Origin: Protoeuglena noctilucae
Taxonomy: Eukaryota
Assembly: GCA_958009085.1 (NCBI GenBank)
Contig: OY253669.1
Coordinates: forward strand, 434,001 to 498,000
Direction of reading: 5' to 3'
DNA: 64,000 nucleotides
Below the pieces are notes generated by a model. The model was not told the origin of the DNA, made no database searches, and saw only the letters and a list, made by a program, of their open reading frames with translations. Positions 25,998 through 39,687 of the stretch are shown one piece after another. How positions within the stretch are numbered: the stretch's first letter is position 1; every line of letters begins with the position of its first letter. A program made the position numbers and the translations under genes.

Positions 25998-26459
25998 GGC
26001 GCCAGCCCCCCCTGGACGTCCTGCGGGCTCTGATGGGACCCGGAACGCCAAGAGCTCCCTCCTTGCCCGACTACCACGGCAACAGCGAGCCTGCTGGGAG
26101 CGGAGAGCTTTCCCTGCGAGCCAACGACCAACTGAGCCGAGCACAGCCAATGTCAAAACGCTAGGCCCCACCACCGACACATCTGACGCGATACCGCGCT
26201 TGCCTGGCCGCCAACTCGTCCCGGTCAAGCCCGTCACGTTTCGGGCGTCAGGAAACTCGCCTGTGATTTGCTGGCTTCCCCTCCGCGGCGCTGCAGCCGT
26301 GCAGAACGCACGTTCGTGTGGATGCGGCCGCCCTCGGCGCCTGACGCATTGCGGGACAGCTGGGTTTGGGTGGGAAATGGCGTGGTTTATGCCCCAGGTG
26401 AGGTTTGGGGTGTTACAAGCACTTCAGAGGTAGTCACAGATGGGGGTCGGTCGTGTCGG

Positions 26460-28480
26460 ATGGCGGCAGGGGCAGCTGGCTCCGCTGGGGCCCCTGCGGC
26501 AAGCATATGCGGCTCGCCCGAGCTCCCGGCCGGGTCCGATACCGCTCTGCTTGACGTGCCGCGCAATATAATGGCTGACCTAACGCAGGCTTGATTGCAT
26601 CCGGCCCGTATGTCCCGCCTGCGCCCCTCTGCCCGGTGGCCATGCTTCCGACCTGCACGCGGCCCGAGCGCCGAGATGCCTGGATGCCCTTCGTTTCCGG
26701 GGGTCCGCACGCACCTTTTCCCAAAGCAGCAGCTCCGTGGTCGCGCCCGCCTCACTGGGGGCGAGTCCCCTCCGCTGCCTCGTACCTGGCCGTCCCATGG
26801 CGCTGCTCCGACCCCGCCCGCACGGGCCGCCGCGATTCCTCGTCGCATCGCGCGCTCCCTGAACTGATTCTCTGTTGATTCTGCACCGCCTCGCGCCCGC
26901 AGCTCAAGACCGACCTCTCCCCAGCGGGCAGGGGCGGCCATGTCATGGTGTCTCTGGGGACTAAGGTCGTGCTCTACGGCGGCGCGGACCGGGCCCCGAC
27001 GCCATTCGAGGGTGCGCGCCCGCACGCCTCGCCGCCGCGTGCGCCAAGAGCCCCCGGGACGCTCCCACCCCTGCATTCGCTCGCTGCGTCGGCGTTGGAG
27101 TCCCGATGGGCGCGGCCCGCCGTCCCCGCAGACCTCTGGGTGCTGGACACGGAAGCCGACATCTACGCGTGGACCAAGATTACCCCAGAGCCGTCGGAGA
27201 TCGATCCTCTGCCCCGGGGGGGCGCCACGATGACGGTGGTGCAGGGCCGCATATGGATGTTCGGGGGCCAGGACCCTTTGTCAGGAATATCGTTCGCGGA
27301 CTTCGTGGTGTTGGACCCCTCCACGTGGTCCTGGAGCCGGCCGCAGATGCGCGGGGAGCCCCCACCGTCCCGGCACTCGCATGTGGCCGGGGTGTGCCGC
27401 GACCGCCTGGTGGTCGTGTACGGGGGCGCGGGGACGATGGGGACGCTGGGGGACGTGTGGCTCTTCGACACGGAGGCGCTGGTGTGGAGCCGGCCCTCCA
27501 TCTCCGGGCCGACCCCGCCGGCGCGTGAGATGGCGGCCGGGTGCATGCTGGCGGGGGACCGCCTCTTCGTGCACGGGGGTCGCGGGGCGCAGGGGCAGGT
27601 GCTCTCCGACGTGGCCATCCTGGACCTGGAGCAGATGCGGTGGGTCGTGCTGCAGCTCACGCCCTACCCCCGGTGCGCCCACACGGTGGTGGCGCTCCAG
27701 GTGGTGTACGGGGACGAGGAGGAGCAGCAGGCGGAGAACGGGTCGCATTCGCGGAGTCAGGACAGGAGCCACGAGACGGGGTGAGGGCTGGGCAGGCGGG
27801 GCTGTGGAGGCACCGCAGCGTCGCACCCCCGGGGGCGCAACAGCTCCGGGCTTCTGCGGCGCACCGCAGCCAGCGCCTTCGGCTGCTCCCGCAGGCACGC
27901 GGAGCCCTCCGGGCGGCTCGAGACGCAGGGCAGCAACCGTTTCATGCATGGGGCGGCGTCCCACCGCTCGTCGCGCGTGAGCGCCGCGAGCCGGCTGCTG
28001 GCAAGCGAGGACATGACGCCGCCCTTGGACATGGGAGAGGGCGTGGTGCTGTTCGGGGGCTTTACGGGGGAGGAGGTCACGGGAGATGTGGTGGAGATGG
28101 ACCCTGACTCGTTCCTGAGCGAGACGGCGCACTCCACCGCGGGGTTCCATACGCCGCTGGGAACCCAGCACGCGCTCAAGCAGCCCGCGCCGCGATTTGC
28201 GCACGCCTGCGTTGCCGTGTCGGACCCAGGTGACTTGAGGGCGGGCGCGGGGCGGGCGCGGTGGGGATGCAGTGGGGGGTAATATTGCGTGGCATGGCGC
28301 GAGCGGGAGCGTTTCTCAATTCCCGCAGCGTCGCCGGGGACTATGATGGTGGCATTTGGGGGGGTGAATGCCAAGGACGACCTGCGGGACGTGTGCGTGT
28401 GGCGGTACTCGTGGCCGGAGGACGAGAACGAGCACCACGACGCCGTTGACGCGGCTGCGACGCTGCTCAATCTCTTGTGA
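26460..28480 (+). CDS. Kelch-repeat beta-propeller protein (RABEPK/KEL-like)
   Basis: Repeated kelch units (PAGRGGH..VVLYGG, PLPRGGA..IWMFGG, PPSRHSH..VVYGG, PPAREMA..FVHGG, PRFAHA..VAFGG); 5' exons uncertain. Confidence 0.85.
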
Positions 28481-28725
28481 CGAACCTTGCCTCTCGCGCT
28501 GGGCCCTGGCATTGGGATGTCAGTCACTGGCGAGGTTATCAGAGTCAGGCAGCGCGTCTTTTGAACAGACGGCGACAACTTTGTGACACTCGATCTGCTC
28601 GCGTGCAGCTGCTGCATCGGCCGCGCTTGATTCGCGCGCCTGGCCGCACGGTGGGGTCGCCTGAGCTGCAGACGGGCAGGGGCGGGTCGGGGTGGCTCTG
28701 CGGCCTTAGCTGAGCTGTCGCGACC

Positions 28726-31700
28726 ATGTTGAGAGCAAGAAGGCCCGTCCTGCGCGCTTTGGAGGCCATCCGTGGCGCCGGTGAGGGCGTTCCATCGCTT
28801 CATGCGTTGTACTGGGGTGTGCCGGCATCCGCCGTTCCCGCGCGCGGATCTCCGATGCGCTTGCTCCGGTGCATCCGCGATGCACGCTTCTGGCTCGAGC
28901 GATCCTGCGGCCTCGCAGCGGCGCTGTCCGCCGCGCAGGACGCCCAGGGCAGCCATTTGCGGTTCAAGGGGGCCGTGCGTCCCGAATCCGGCAGATGTGC
29001 GACCCCTCTTGGGCCCGCTGCTGTCGTTGCAGAGAAAGTTGCGTGGCGGTGCCGCGGGGACGCGAGCGGGGATTTTGGATGGGCGGTCCTGGCGATCCGC
29101 GGCGGCCACTGCTGCTTCTCAGGTGCGCGCGCCGCGGCTCGTGCGCCCGAGTCGTCGCCCCTGCATGCTTCGCGCCCCTGAACTCGCCGACGGCCCGCGC
29201 GGTCCGCTGCAGCGTCTGCGGCCACGCGCCCCGCCACGGAGGACGAGCGCCGCGCGATGGAGCACGTCCGAAACATCGGCATTTCGGCGCATATTGATTC
29301 GGGCAAGACGACGCTGACGGAGCGCATCCTGTTCTACACGGGCCGTATTGACAGCGTGCACGAGGTCAAGGGCAAGGACGGCGTGGGTGCGAAGATGGAC
29401 TCCATGGACCTAGAAAGGGAGAAGGGCATCACCATCCAGTCCGCCGCGACCTACTGCACGTGGAAGGAGAACCACATCAACATCATCGGTGCGCCGGCAG
29501 CGGACCCGGCCCAAGGCTGGGGCCAGTGGCACGCTGCCCCTTGAGCTTGGCCAATCCACCGCAACGCACGGCCCGGTATTTTTCGTTTCCGCAGACACCC
29601 CGGGCCACGTGGATTTCACGATCGAGGTGGAGCGTGCGCTGCGGGTGCTGGACGGGGCCATCTTGGTGCTTTGCTCGGTGGGCGGGGTGCAGTCGCAGAC
29701 CATCACGGTCGACCGGCAGATGCGAAGGTACAACGTCCCTCGCCTGTGCTTCATCAACAAGTGCGACCGCGTGGGGGCCAATCCGTGGAAGGTCATCGCC
29801 CAGATGCGGGACAAGCTCAGGTGACCTGAGGGCGTGAGCAGGGTGCATGCCACGGACATCTCTCGGCGCACTGCCGGAGGGCATTCCTTTACCTACGAAG
29901 AAAGCGAGGGGCTGGGTATGCTGTAGCAGGGATTGCCTGGCGGGTAGGTTGAAGCAAGGGTCACTTTGCCTTCGTTGTGAGTGCAGGCTGAATGCGGCGG
30001 CCATTCAGGTTCCGCTGGGGCTGGAGGAGCGGCACATGGGGGTGATGGACTTGATCCGCAACAAGGCGTTCGAGTTTGACGGGCCCAACGGCGTCATCAT
30101 CAAGGAGGTGCCCCTGAGCGCGGTGCCAGAACACGTGATCAAGCTGGCGGCAGAGAAGCGACAAGAGCTCATCGAGAAGGTGAGGACGCTGGGAGGTGAT
30201 GGGGCGCTTATGTGCTGAGTGCATGCGAACCCGGAGAACACCCAGCATAACCCCACGCACCCCACGCACCCTACGCGCCCCACGCACCTCACGCACCCCA
30301 CGCCCGCCAGCTCACGCAAACATGCCGGGCGTGGCATCCGTCGCAGGTCGGGGAGGCCGACGAGGGCATCATGGAGAAGTATCTCCTGGAGGAGGAGGTA
30401 TCTGCGGAGGAGCTGCTGGCCGCCATCCGCCGCGCGACGCTCGCCCGGACCTTCGCGCCCGTGCTCATGGGGTCGGCGTACAAGAACCGCGGCGTGCAGC
30501 TGCTGCTGGACGCGGTGGGGGACTTCCTGCCGAATCCCCTCGAGGTTCAGAACGTGGCTCTGGATGCTGCGGCGGGGGAGGAGCGCGTGGTGCTTTCGGG
30601 GTCGCCGTCGGCCCCGCTGGTGGCCTACGCATTCAAACTGGAGGAGGGGCGGTTCGGGCAGCTCACGTACATCCGGATGTACTCGGGGACGATGCGGAAG
30701 GGCGACACGATCCTCAACACGTCGACCAACAAGCGCGTGCGGGTGTCTCGGCTGGTGCGCATGCACGCGAACGAGCTCGAGGACGTGGACAGCGCCCAGT
30801 CGGGCGACATCGTGGCGCTGTTCGGGGTCGAGTGCGCCTCGGGCGACACCTTTACGGACGGCTCCGTCCGGCTCACCATGACGTCGCTGCATGTGCCCGA
30901 GCCCGTCATGCGCCTGGCGGTGGCGCCGACCAAGAAGGACAACATCCAGAACTTCTCCAGGGCGCTGACGAGGTTCCAGAAGGAGGACCCGACGTTCCGG
31001 GTGGAGAACGACGACGAGACGGGTGAGGGGTGGGGACGATGGGGCGGTTGAGGGGTGGGGACGAGGTGAGGGGCAGTGATGATGGGACGGGTGAGGGGCA
31101 TGGGGCATGGCTTGGAGGGTCGATACAGGAGGGCCAAATGGGACATTGCTGGGCTGAGAGGAGGCTATAAACAAAGAGAGTGAGAGGAACACGTGTCAAT
31201 GTGCATTGGCTCTGCTTCGACCGCAGGTCAGATGCTCATTTCCGGCATGGGCGAGCTGCACTTGGAGATTTACCTGGAACGCATGAAATGCGAGTACGGG
31301 GTGGAGGTGGAGACGGGCAAGCCCCGCGTCAACTTCCGCGAGACCATCACGAAGCGGAGCAAGTTCGACTACATCCACAAGAAGCAGACGGGAGGCCAGG
31401 GGCAGGTGAGGTGGCGCTGGTGGCGAGGGTGGTTGTGCGACGGTGCACGCTTGTGCAGGCTAGGCCGGTGGGGTTGTGCTAGCAAGGCCAGCATCTGCGG
31501 AGAGGGCATCACAATGGGCTGGCATAAGATTGGCTAGGAAGCGCTTCTAGTGACACTGAGGTCCGTGGCTGGGCCTCCTACCTCCACTGCCTCGCCCTAC
31601 CCTCGCAGTACGGTCGCGTGATGGGGTACATCGAGCCGGTGGAGGAGGGCGGCCCGACGTTTGAGTTCGCCAACGAGATGGTCGGCAACAACATCCCGCC

Positions 31701-32631
31701 CAACTTCATCCCCGCGATTGAGAAGGGCTTCCAAGAGGCCTGCCAGGCGGGGGCGCTGATCGGGCACCCCGTGGAGCGCGTGCGGGTGGTGCTGCAGGAC
31801 GGTGCGGCACATCTGGTGGACTCGTCCGAGCTCGCGTTCAAGCTCGCGGCCACGGGGGCCTTCCGCCAGGCGTTCGAGGGGGCCATGCCGGGCGTGCTCG
31901 AGCCCATCATGGCCGTCGAGGTCCGCGTGCCGGTGGAGTTCCAGGGGCAGGTCGTGAGCGGTGAGCAGCGTGTGCAGGGGGGGTGGGTGTGGTGAAAAGT
32001 GAGAAGGGGTGGTGGTGTGGTGACAGGTGAGCAGGGGTGGTGTGGTGTGGTGACAGGTGAGCAGGGGTGGTGGGTGTGGTGAGAAGAGAGTGGTGAGCAT
32101 AGCACTTGGTCTTTGCCGTGCCCAGGTCCGACTGGGGGAGCCCCCCTATCGCCCCTTTACACCTAACACGACACCATGCCCGCAGACATGTCGCGTCGCC
32201 GTGGGACGGTGGTGAATTCGACGCAAGAAGCCGACGATGCGGTTCTGATGGTCCACGCGCCCCTGAACGAGATGTTCGGGTACTCGACGGCGCTTCGGAG
32301 CATGACGCAGGCGCGTGGGGGGGTTGGGGTGGCGGGGTGGCACGGTGGCGGTAGCTAGCAGAACGAGGGGCATGCCGGGACTGGCTGTGACAAGCCACCC
32401 CGTGGTTTCCAATTACCCATTGTGTTCCCTGCCAACACACGCCTGCGTCTCGCTTGATGTTCGTTCAACCCCTCAACCCCTCACCGTGACCCTCGGCTGG
32501 TCCCCTCGCTGCAGGGCAAGGGGGAGTTTGCGATGGAGTACTTACGGCACGACCAGGTGCCACGGGAAGTCCAGGCGCAGCTGGTGGCGGAGGAGGCGGG
32601 GAAGCAGGCACAGGCCAGCCGCGCCCCATGA
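28726..32631 (+). CDS. GFM1: Mitochondrial elongation factor G1
   Basis: Basic presequence, [88 protein letters not shown]; about 11 exons; GC donor at 32311. Confidence 0.95.
30251..30305. repeat. Intronic 9-bp tandem repeat (ccccacgca-like, about 6 copies)
   Basis: ccccacgcaccccacgcaccctacgcgccccacgcacctcacgcaccccacgc in an EF-G intron. Confidence 0.85.
31940..32100. repeat. Intronic GT-rich minisatellite (about 30-bp unit containing ggtgagcag)
   Basis: tggtgtggtgacaggtgagcaggggtggt occurs twice exactly, plus degenerate copies, in an EF-G intron. Confidence 0.85.
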
Positions 32632-32890
32632 AAGGTAGCTTCATCACTGCTCCATGGATGTCCACCCCTGCTGATGGTAGCCTATTGCTGCCGGACCGAG
32701 TAACCCAACCCTTGCGCTGAGCTGTCGAAACGGCACACACTTCAACGGCACACCAACCCACACGTCCACCACGCATACAGCGCTGCAGCCTCGGCCGCAA
32801 TGCGACCCTGCCGACGGCACCCGTCGCCACCACGTGTCGCCACCACGCTGCTCTTGCACGGCGGCCCCGCCCGTTGCACCTCCTGCCGCC

Positions 32891-33819
32891 TCACTGCTCC
32901 TTCTTAGCCTTGATGGTCTCGCTCACGGTCGACACCTTGGAGAGGGAGTCCAGGCCCGCATACCGCTTCTTGAACTTGTTCACCGCACCCTCGTCCACCA
33001 CGATGGCGGACGTGACGCCCTGGTAGAAGGGGTGGTTCCCCGACCACAACTCCACGTAGTACTCCTTCTTCGTGCCCCCGACGGTCAGCACCTGCTCCCT
33101 GCGTGGCAGGAAAGCGGACGGCGCAGTGTGCGTGCCCCGGGCGGGTGGCGCAGGGCGGAGGGGCGGCCCGCAACGGTCGCAGATGCGGGAGAGGATGGCT
33201 GGCGATATGTCACGCGTGCCGCACCCGTTGCAGTAGACCGGCGCCTCCTCGAAGAACTCGGGATGGATGCCCGGCCTCATCATCGTCCTCCGCGCCCCGT
33301 TCGAGACCTGCAGGCGCGTCGGCGGCACGCATGAGGTTCTTCATGCCAAGAGGTGCCCAATCGCAGAGCGCGGCGGGCTATCCCGGCCGCGTCGCGGAGG
33401 AGGGCGCGGCGCAGAGCGCGTGGCCGACGGCGAGCTGCCCGCGCCCGCGGGACGGTCAGCAGATGGCCCCGCCGGTGCCCAAACAGGACCGTCTACGTCA
33501 CTTGGAACCAAAAGACGTCGGCATGCCCATCCCAGGCTCTCTCAAGCCGGGAAACCCCCTCGACAAGGGCTGGGCAGGAGGGCGGGGCGGGGCCACGCTC
33601 TCTCGGGACGCGCCCGGCAGTTTGTGGAAAGAAGCGGCGCGGTAGCGCGTCCCCGCGACAGCCCAAAATGCCGTGCGCGAACCGATAACCGAGACCGCGC
33701 CGGTCCAGGCCCCGCCGGGCTCGGCGAGGGACGCCAACCCTCTTCTCATCTTCGAGGGCGGCAGTCACCTTCACGACCCGCGCAGCGGGCTGCGCCGAAG
33801 CGCAGGCGACAGCTCGCAT
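32891..33819 (-). CDS. rpl31: Plastid 50S ribosomal protein L31 (bL31c) with transit peptide
   Basis: MRAVACASAQPAARVVK|VSNGARRTM-MRPGIHPEFFEEAPVYCNG|EQVLTVGGTKKEYYVELWSGNHPFYQG; first exon inferred. Confidence 0.9.
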
Positions 33820-34364
33820 GCTCTCAACCCAAGAAGCCCCCAAAATACAGTCTCCAATACACGTGAGGTGCAAACTTTGCAACCAATTAGCTCAGGGGGG
33901 TAGGGGAGCCTCAAGGGGACAGAATGCACTTGCTGAAGGTATAACCTGCCAGTGGCGTCAGGAACAGGGCCTTTGTCCCTCGATCGCCCTCCAGGTGCGT
34001 GATTGGTCAGAACGGCGACGAGGCGCGACGTGCAGGAGCCGCTGTGCAGCCCCTTCACTTCAGGTGGCCGGCCGCTCCGTCCCTCGCCGCACCCCAACCG
34101 CTTGGCATTGCTTGCGAGAGTTAACGGAAGTTGCGGTGGATCCGCTGCTGCCATCGCCCGGGGCGTCGTGCAGGGGGCTGGCGGGAAGCGCGATTGCGCC
34201 CGGATGCCATCCCCGACGCCCCTCTGACGACGCTCCGTAGATTCTTTCTCCAGTGACCGCGGGAAAGGGGTGCCGGCGAGGGGGGAGACTCGCGAGGACT
34301 CGGGGACGCAGGCCTGGCCTGGCCTGGCGGAGGCACGCGCGCATTGGGAGAGCCGGGAGCGAAG

Positions 34365-36871
34365 ATGGATCGGGACGGTAGCCCTCATGCCTACCGGGAC
34401 CGCTCCCGGTCGCCACCACCCAGGTTCCAGAGCGCGCGGCGTGCCATCGCTTGGGCGCGCGCACCTGCCGCCTCGCTGTCCCCGCGGCCGACGCCTGCCT
34501 CCTGCATGACCTGCGAGCGTCGCTCCGCGGCCCTGGGTTCCCCCATGGGCCCCCGGGGCACGCCCATCCTGGAGCGCGGCGATGTTGCGTGGACGCTGGG
34601 TTTCGCCCTCGCGCTCCTGCCCCGCGCTCCCGCTCCCGCCCTCGCTCGCGAGTTGCGCCGCGCTTCGACGCCTCCGCGCCCCCGCCGGGTCCCGCGCGCA
34701 GGGGATCTCCGGATTACCGCCGCGGGCGGTCGCCGGAGAACGACGACTACTACGGGGACTACGGGCGCGGGCGGAGGGGCCGCGGGCGGTGGAGGGGTGA
34801 CTTCCGCGGTCGTGGGCGCGGGCGCTGGCCAACTCGGGGGCGGGATCGGTCCCCGTCGCCCGGGCGGGGCTCCCCGACGTATGGCCGGCGGTACGGGCAC
34901 GAGTACCGGGACAGCCGCGGCTACGATCGGGATTACGATGGTCGCGGGCGCTACGACGACCGCCGGGAGGCCTCGGAGGAGCGCCGCGGCTACGGGCCCA
35001 GGTCCGCCGTTCGCTCGCATGGCGCCCCGCCTGCCCCCCTGCGCTGCCCGTCCCCCGCTCGCCAACGCGCGGCTCCCCGCCCCGCAGGCCCGACGGTCCC
35101 CGCGACGGCGCGGGCCCGCTGACCTTCAAGGAGTGGATGCTCCGGCAGGTGAAGGATTTGACGCCAACGGAGGCCCAACAGCGGTACGAAGAGTACCTCG
35201 CTCCCTTCCTGGACACCGAGGGCCTGGGCATCTACCGCGCCAAGTTCCAGTCGGTGAAGGACCTGGCCGAGTACCGCGTGCTGTTCCACCCCCTGGAGAT
35301 CCAGCGGGTGCTGGAGGAGCGGCGGGAGGCGGTGCACTGGGGTGCCGAAGAGTTCTTTGCGGCGATGCGGGAGGGGCGGGTGGACCCGCGGGCCGAGGGG
35401 TGGGAGCAGGGCAACGGGCCGTGGAAGGCGACGGACGAGGCGGGGAGGGAGGCGCCCCCGCCGGCGCCCGCGAGCGCGTGGCTTGAGGCGAGGCTCGACG
35501 CCGACCTGCAGGTGGCGATGGAGCTGGCGCGGAGCTTCGACGAGGAGCGGGGGGTGACGGGGAACCCGATGCTGCGGGGCGGGCGGGAGGGGGCGGGCGC
35601 GAACGGGGGGGATGACGTGGAGATGGACGGTGGGGCCGCGGGGGCGGGGGCGGGTGCGGATCCGGAGGTGTTCCAGGGCCTGTCGACGGCTCAGCGGCTG
35701 GACCTGGTACTGACGTACTTGTGGCGCGTGCATGGGGCGGACTACTACGGGGCGCACGAGCTGGTGCCGGGGAGGTTTGAGGACCGGCGTCGTTTGCCCC
35801 GGGCGGTGCGTGGCCCGCAGCCGTCCGGGGCGAGCACGGAGGGCGCGGCGGAGCTGGAGGCGGTGGCCGGGCGGTGGTCGGAGCGCGCACGCACTGGCGA
35901 TCCGCTGGTGCAGGGGGCGAGGGAGCAGGACCTGCAACAGCGGCTGGATGCGTGGGTGGCTGACCAGGTGGTTCGCCACGACGACGCGGTGTGGGGCTGC
36001 ACGCTGTCGAACAAGAAGTTCCGGGGGCAGGAGTACGTGCTCAAGCACATCAAGGGGAAGCACGCCGAGCGGGTGGAGGAGGAGCGCCTGCGCATCGCGG
36101 ATGAGTTGTACGAGGACAACTTCGTGACGATGCACAAGCGGAGGGACGAGGAGGCCGCGGAGGAGCAGCGGAGGGTGATGGAGGCGCAGGCGGCCGGGCG
36201 CGGGAGGGGGCGCGGGGGGCTGGCGGGGCGGGCGGCACGGGGGGCGGGGCGCATGGGTGAGGGATGGATGAGAGCGGAGCGGGAGATACTCAGACTGAGC
36301 GGCGTCGCCCGCGTGGCCCATCTCTCTTCGCACGGCTGCAGACTTGGCTCTGATCGCGCCACGCCCGCTCGCAGGGTTCATGCCGGTGGGCGGGATGGTC
36401 CCCATGCCGATGCCGATGATGGGGCCGGTGGGGATGATGCCCCCGGGCCCCATGATGGGCGTGCCGGGGCCGATGGGCATGCCTATGCCCGTGGGGTTAC
36501 CGCCGCCGGGCATGATGGCTGCCATGGGCAGGTGACGACCCTTGTTTGATGCCAGATGCGCCAAAGCACATTCCGCCCTTCTTGCGCTTCACACACGCTT
36601 CCCACTCTCCCTACGCATCTTCCCAAGCGCAATCCACGCTCCTTTTCTCCCTTCCCAAGGTTCCCTTCCCACTCATGCTCTCATTCCCTCTCTCGCACTC
36701 ACCCACCTAGCACGCCGCACCTCTCTCCGCCCGTCGTCCACCCCGTGGCGCGGTGCACGTCACCCTCGCAGGGGCATGCGGGGGCGAGGACGGGGACGGG
36801 GGTTCAAGGGATACAGAGACCACGACGCCCCATCCAACAACCGCGCGCTCCTCGACTACGGGGACTTGTGA
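34365..36871 (+). CDS. SRRT: SERRATE/ARS2 RNA effector
   Basis: RS/RD-rich N-terminus, GPLTFKEWM...EAQQRYEEY, LDLVLTYLWRVHGADYY, zinc finger WGCTLSNKKFRGQEYVLKHIKGKH, C-terminal YRDHDAP...LDYGDL. Confidence 0.92.
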
Positions 36872-37518
36872 GACCACGGCCTCGCTCGGCCCTGGGTTGC
36901 ATGACAGCCCATGTCGCCAGCCCAGGATGAGTGTCATGTGGGACTTGTGTGGCTTGTGGGGGGGTTACGACGCAAGCGCAGAGGGTCCCCGGCGGGTGTT
37001 TTCGGGGCTTGTGCACTGCGCGATATGCCCGTGAGGGCAGGTGGGAGGCTGGGGCGGTCAATCAGCGTCGCTGTGTCTCAACCAGCGACCCTGGCTGGCC
37101 TTGTCGCCAAGGGTGGGGTGGGAGATGGATTGCTAGGGGATTGCCATGGTACATTTGGAAGGCTGGTGGTCGATAGCGGGTTTGGGTGGAGTGACAGGGG
37201 TATGGGGGCACGAGCGGGGGATAACCGATGCGGCGATGGGCCATGTTGAAGCGTCTGACACCTTACATGCTTCTTCTGACCAGCCATAGTGGACACACAG
37301 GAAGAACTCGTAATAAGAAATCTCGGTGACATCGAACCGGGCTCGCGTGGTGTTGGTAGCTTTGGATAACGAGAGGGACAGGAGGGGCACTGATGACAGC
37401 GAAGTGCGCGAGCTGTGCGACCTATCTAACGCGCGCGTCGCTCCCGCTGATTAGGCGAGAGGTTTCCTTGAGGTCGGCGCCGCGGGTCCCCCGGGCGGCG
37501 TCCCGGGGAGGTGGGACG

Positions 37519-38930
37519 ATGGCCACGTCCGTCTTTCCGCAAGGCGCGCAGCTCTGGGACCGCATCGTGACGGTGTACAAGCAAGCAGGTCCGTGAATTC
37601 GACCGTCTGGAGCGCGACGCGCCGTGATATGCGATTTGCAAACTCACGCCGCGTCCCCTCGGCTGCACCCAGGGGAGAAAGGGGCCGCGTACCAGATGGA
37701 CACGCAGCCGCGCACGCTGCACGACGGGGGCGTGGACTTTGTGGTGCGGGTGGCCACGTCGCTGCAGGACAAGCCCAAGGCCCCGAAGAGCGGGGACACC
37801 AAGTGAGCGACGGGCGACGGTGCGCTCCCAAGCGAACCCCGCACCTCGGGTGCGACCTGCAGCGCGCTCTGCACGCTCTGCAGGAACGTGAACCCGTTCC
37901 TGCCCTACGAGGAGGATCTGTGGGTCGCGCACCTGTCCGAATCGCACACCATGCTCCTGAACAAGTACAACGTCGTCGACCACCACGCCCTGGTCGTGAC
38001 ACGGGCCTTCGAATCCCAGGAGGACCCCCTTAACGCCCGGGACCTGGACGCCGTGCTGCGGGCTGTCTCGTGCTACCCGACGGGAGCCCTGGCGTACTAC
38101 AACTGCGGGCCGGTTTCGGGGAGAAGTCAGCCCCACAAGCACCTGCAGGTTGTGCCATTGCCCATGGCAGGTGAGCACAGAGGCACAGAGTGAGGGCCGC
38201 GGCTGGCATGCGAAGGTGGGTGTCTGTGTCTCTGTGGCCTGTGCTAGTAATCGCTAGTCGCCATGGATGGGCCGCTGCTGTGGCGCCGCATGCAGTGGGG
38301 GGCAGCCCCGACCACGAGCCGCCCATCGCGACGCGGGTGGTGGCCGCGATGGGTGCGGGGCGGGAGGGGGAGGTGACGGAGGTGCGCACGTTGCCCTTCC
38401 AAGCGTTCGCGGTGCTGTTGGGGAATGGGGACCTCACGGGGGCCAAGCTCCAATCTCATTGGTGAGTGGCGGGCACTGGCCAGCTCTAGTCGATGTCAAT
38501 CACCATGCCATGTGTATTGTCCAAAAAGAGGGCGGTTCTGGGTCCTTGCGTTGCAGTGACGCCCTGTTGGAGCGGTGCGAGGCTGCGTCCCGGGCGGCTG
38601 GGCTGCCCAAGCCCTCCTACAACGTCGTGTTGGCGCGCAATGCCGCGCACACGTTCGTGATGATGGTGCCCAGGTCCCAGGTGAGGGCCAGAGGGCAGCA
38701 CGTTCCTGGCAGTGCCGCACCGGTGTGTCTGTTGTGGAGAGAGGGTGTATGATTAGGACATTTGGGAGCCTTGCCACGAATGCTATCCACCGCAGGAGAC
38801 GCACGGGCCCCTGTCCATCAACTCGCTGGGCTTCGCGGGGACCATGCTGGTGCGGACGACTGAGGAGCTGGACTTCCTGCAGCGCGAGGGCTGTATGGAG
38901 GTCCTACGGTCCGTGGGCATCCCTTGGTGA
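37519..38930 (+). CDS. Ap4A phosphorylase / ATP adenylyltransferase (APA1/2-type, HIT-related)
   Basis: NPFLPYEEDLWV, LLNKYNVVDHHALVVT, YNCGPVSGRSQPHKHLQ, SYNV..MMVPR, SINSLGFAGTMLV. Confidence 0.92.
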
Positions 38931-39080
38931 CACTGCTGGATAGCAACAAGCGATATAAACGAACTCCCATTGTGTCTGGGCCGTGCTATCTGTGACTCCC
39001 GTCGCGCGATTCAATCCCTGCGCGCCGCCTGGCAAGCCATGCGAGCAAGGGCCCCGCGTCGGCTTCCGCATGCCACCGGC

Positions 39081-39687
39081 TCAGTCGTCCTGGAGCGTGA
39101 CCTCGACGTCGACGCCGGGGTCGATCTGGCAAGAGTCGGAGATCTTGCGCACGATGTCCTGGGGGCAGTACAGGTCGATGAGGCGCTTGTGGATGCGCAT
39201 CTCGTACCGGTCGAACGTCTGCGTACCGTTACCCGACGGCGCCTTGCGGACCGTCAGGCGGAGGATCTTCGTGGGCATGCGGACCGGGCCCTTGACCTGC
39301 GAGACGAGGCGGCGAGGGTGGGGTCGGGATGGTTCGGAAACCGACAGTACAATCCATCACCGGGGTCGGGCAGTCCACCGTGCAGCGCGGTATGGCGTAC
39401 AGAAGTGGTCACACGCACCTTGAGCTCGTCGCTCTGGGGGTGCATCCGGTAGAGGTCCTTGGTGGTGCGGATCCAGTCGGCGCACGACTTCTCCAGGGAG
39501 CGGACGTTCCGCGAGGAGAGCGTGATGCGGATGCGCGACTTGTCGGCTGCGAGGGGGCGCGGGGCGGCGGATGAGGCGGAGGAGCGCCCGGCGAGGCGTC
39601 CCGGCAGCCGCTGCAGCGACCACACGACCCCCCCGCCGACGGGCCCTCACCCGAGGGGGCCACCAGCTTCGCGGCGTCCTTGCTCAT
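39081..39687 (-). CDS. RPS20: Cytosolic 40S ribosomal protein S20 (uS10), divergent
   Basis: [47 protein letters not shown]; 3 exons. Confidence 0.93.

Noticed and set aside
33310..33768. Long first intron of rpl31 as a possible ncRNA host
   Set aside because: No recognisable snoRNA boxes or structure, and the first-exon assignment is itself inferred
22540..33819. Bacterial-type genes (sigma70, EF-G, L31) as contamination or recent HGT
   Set aside because: All have spliceosomal introns and N-terminal targeting extensions, as expected for organelle-targeted nuclear genes
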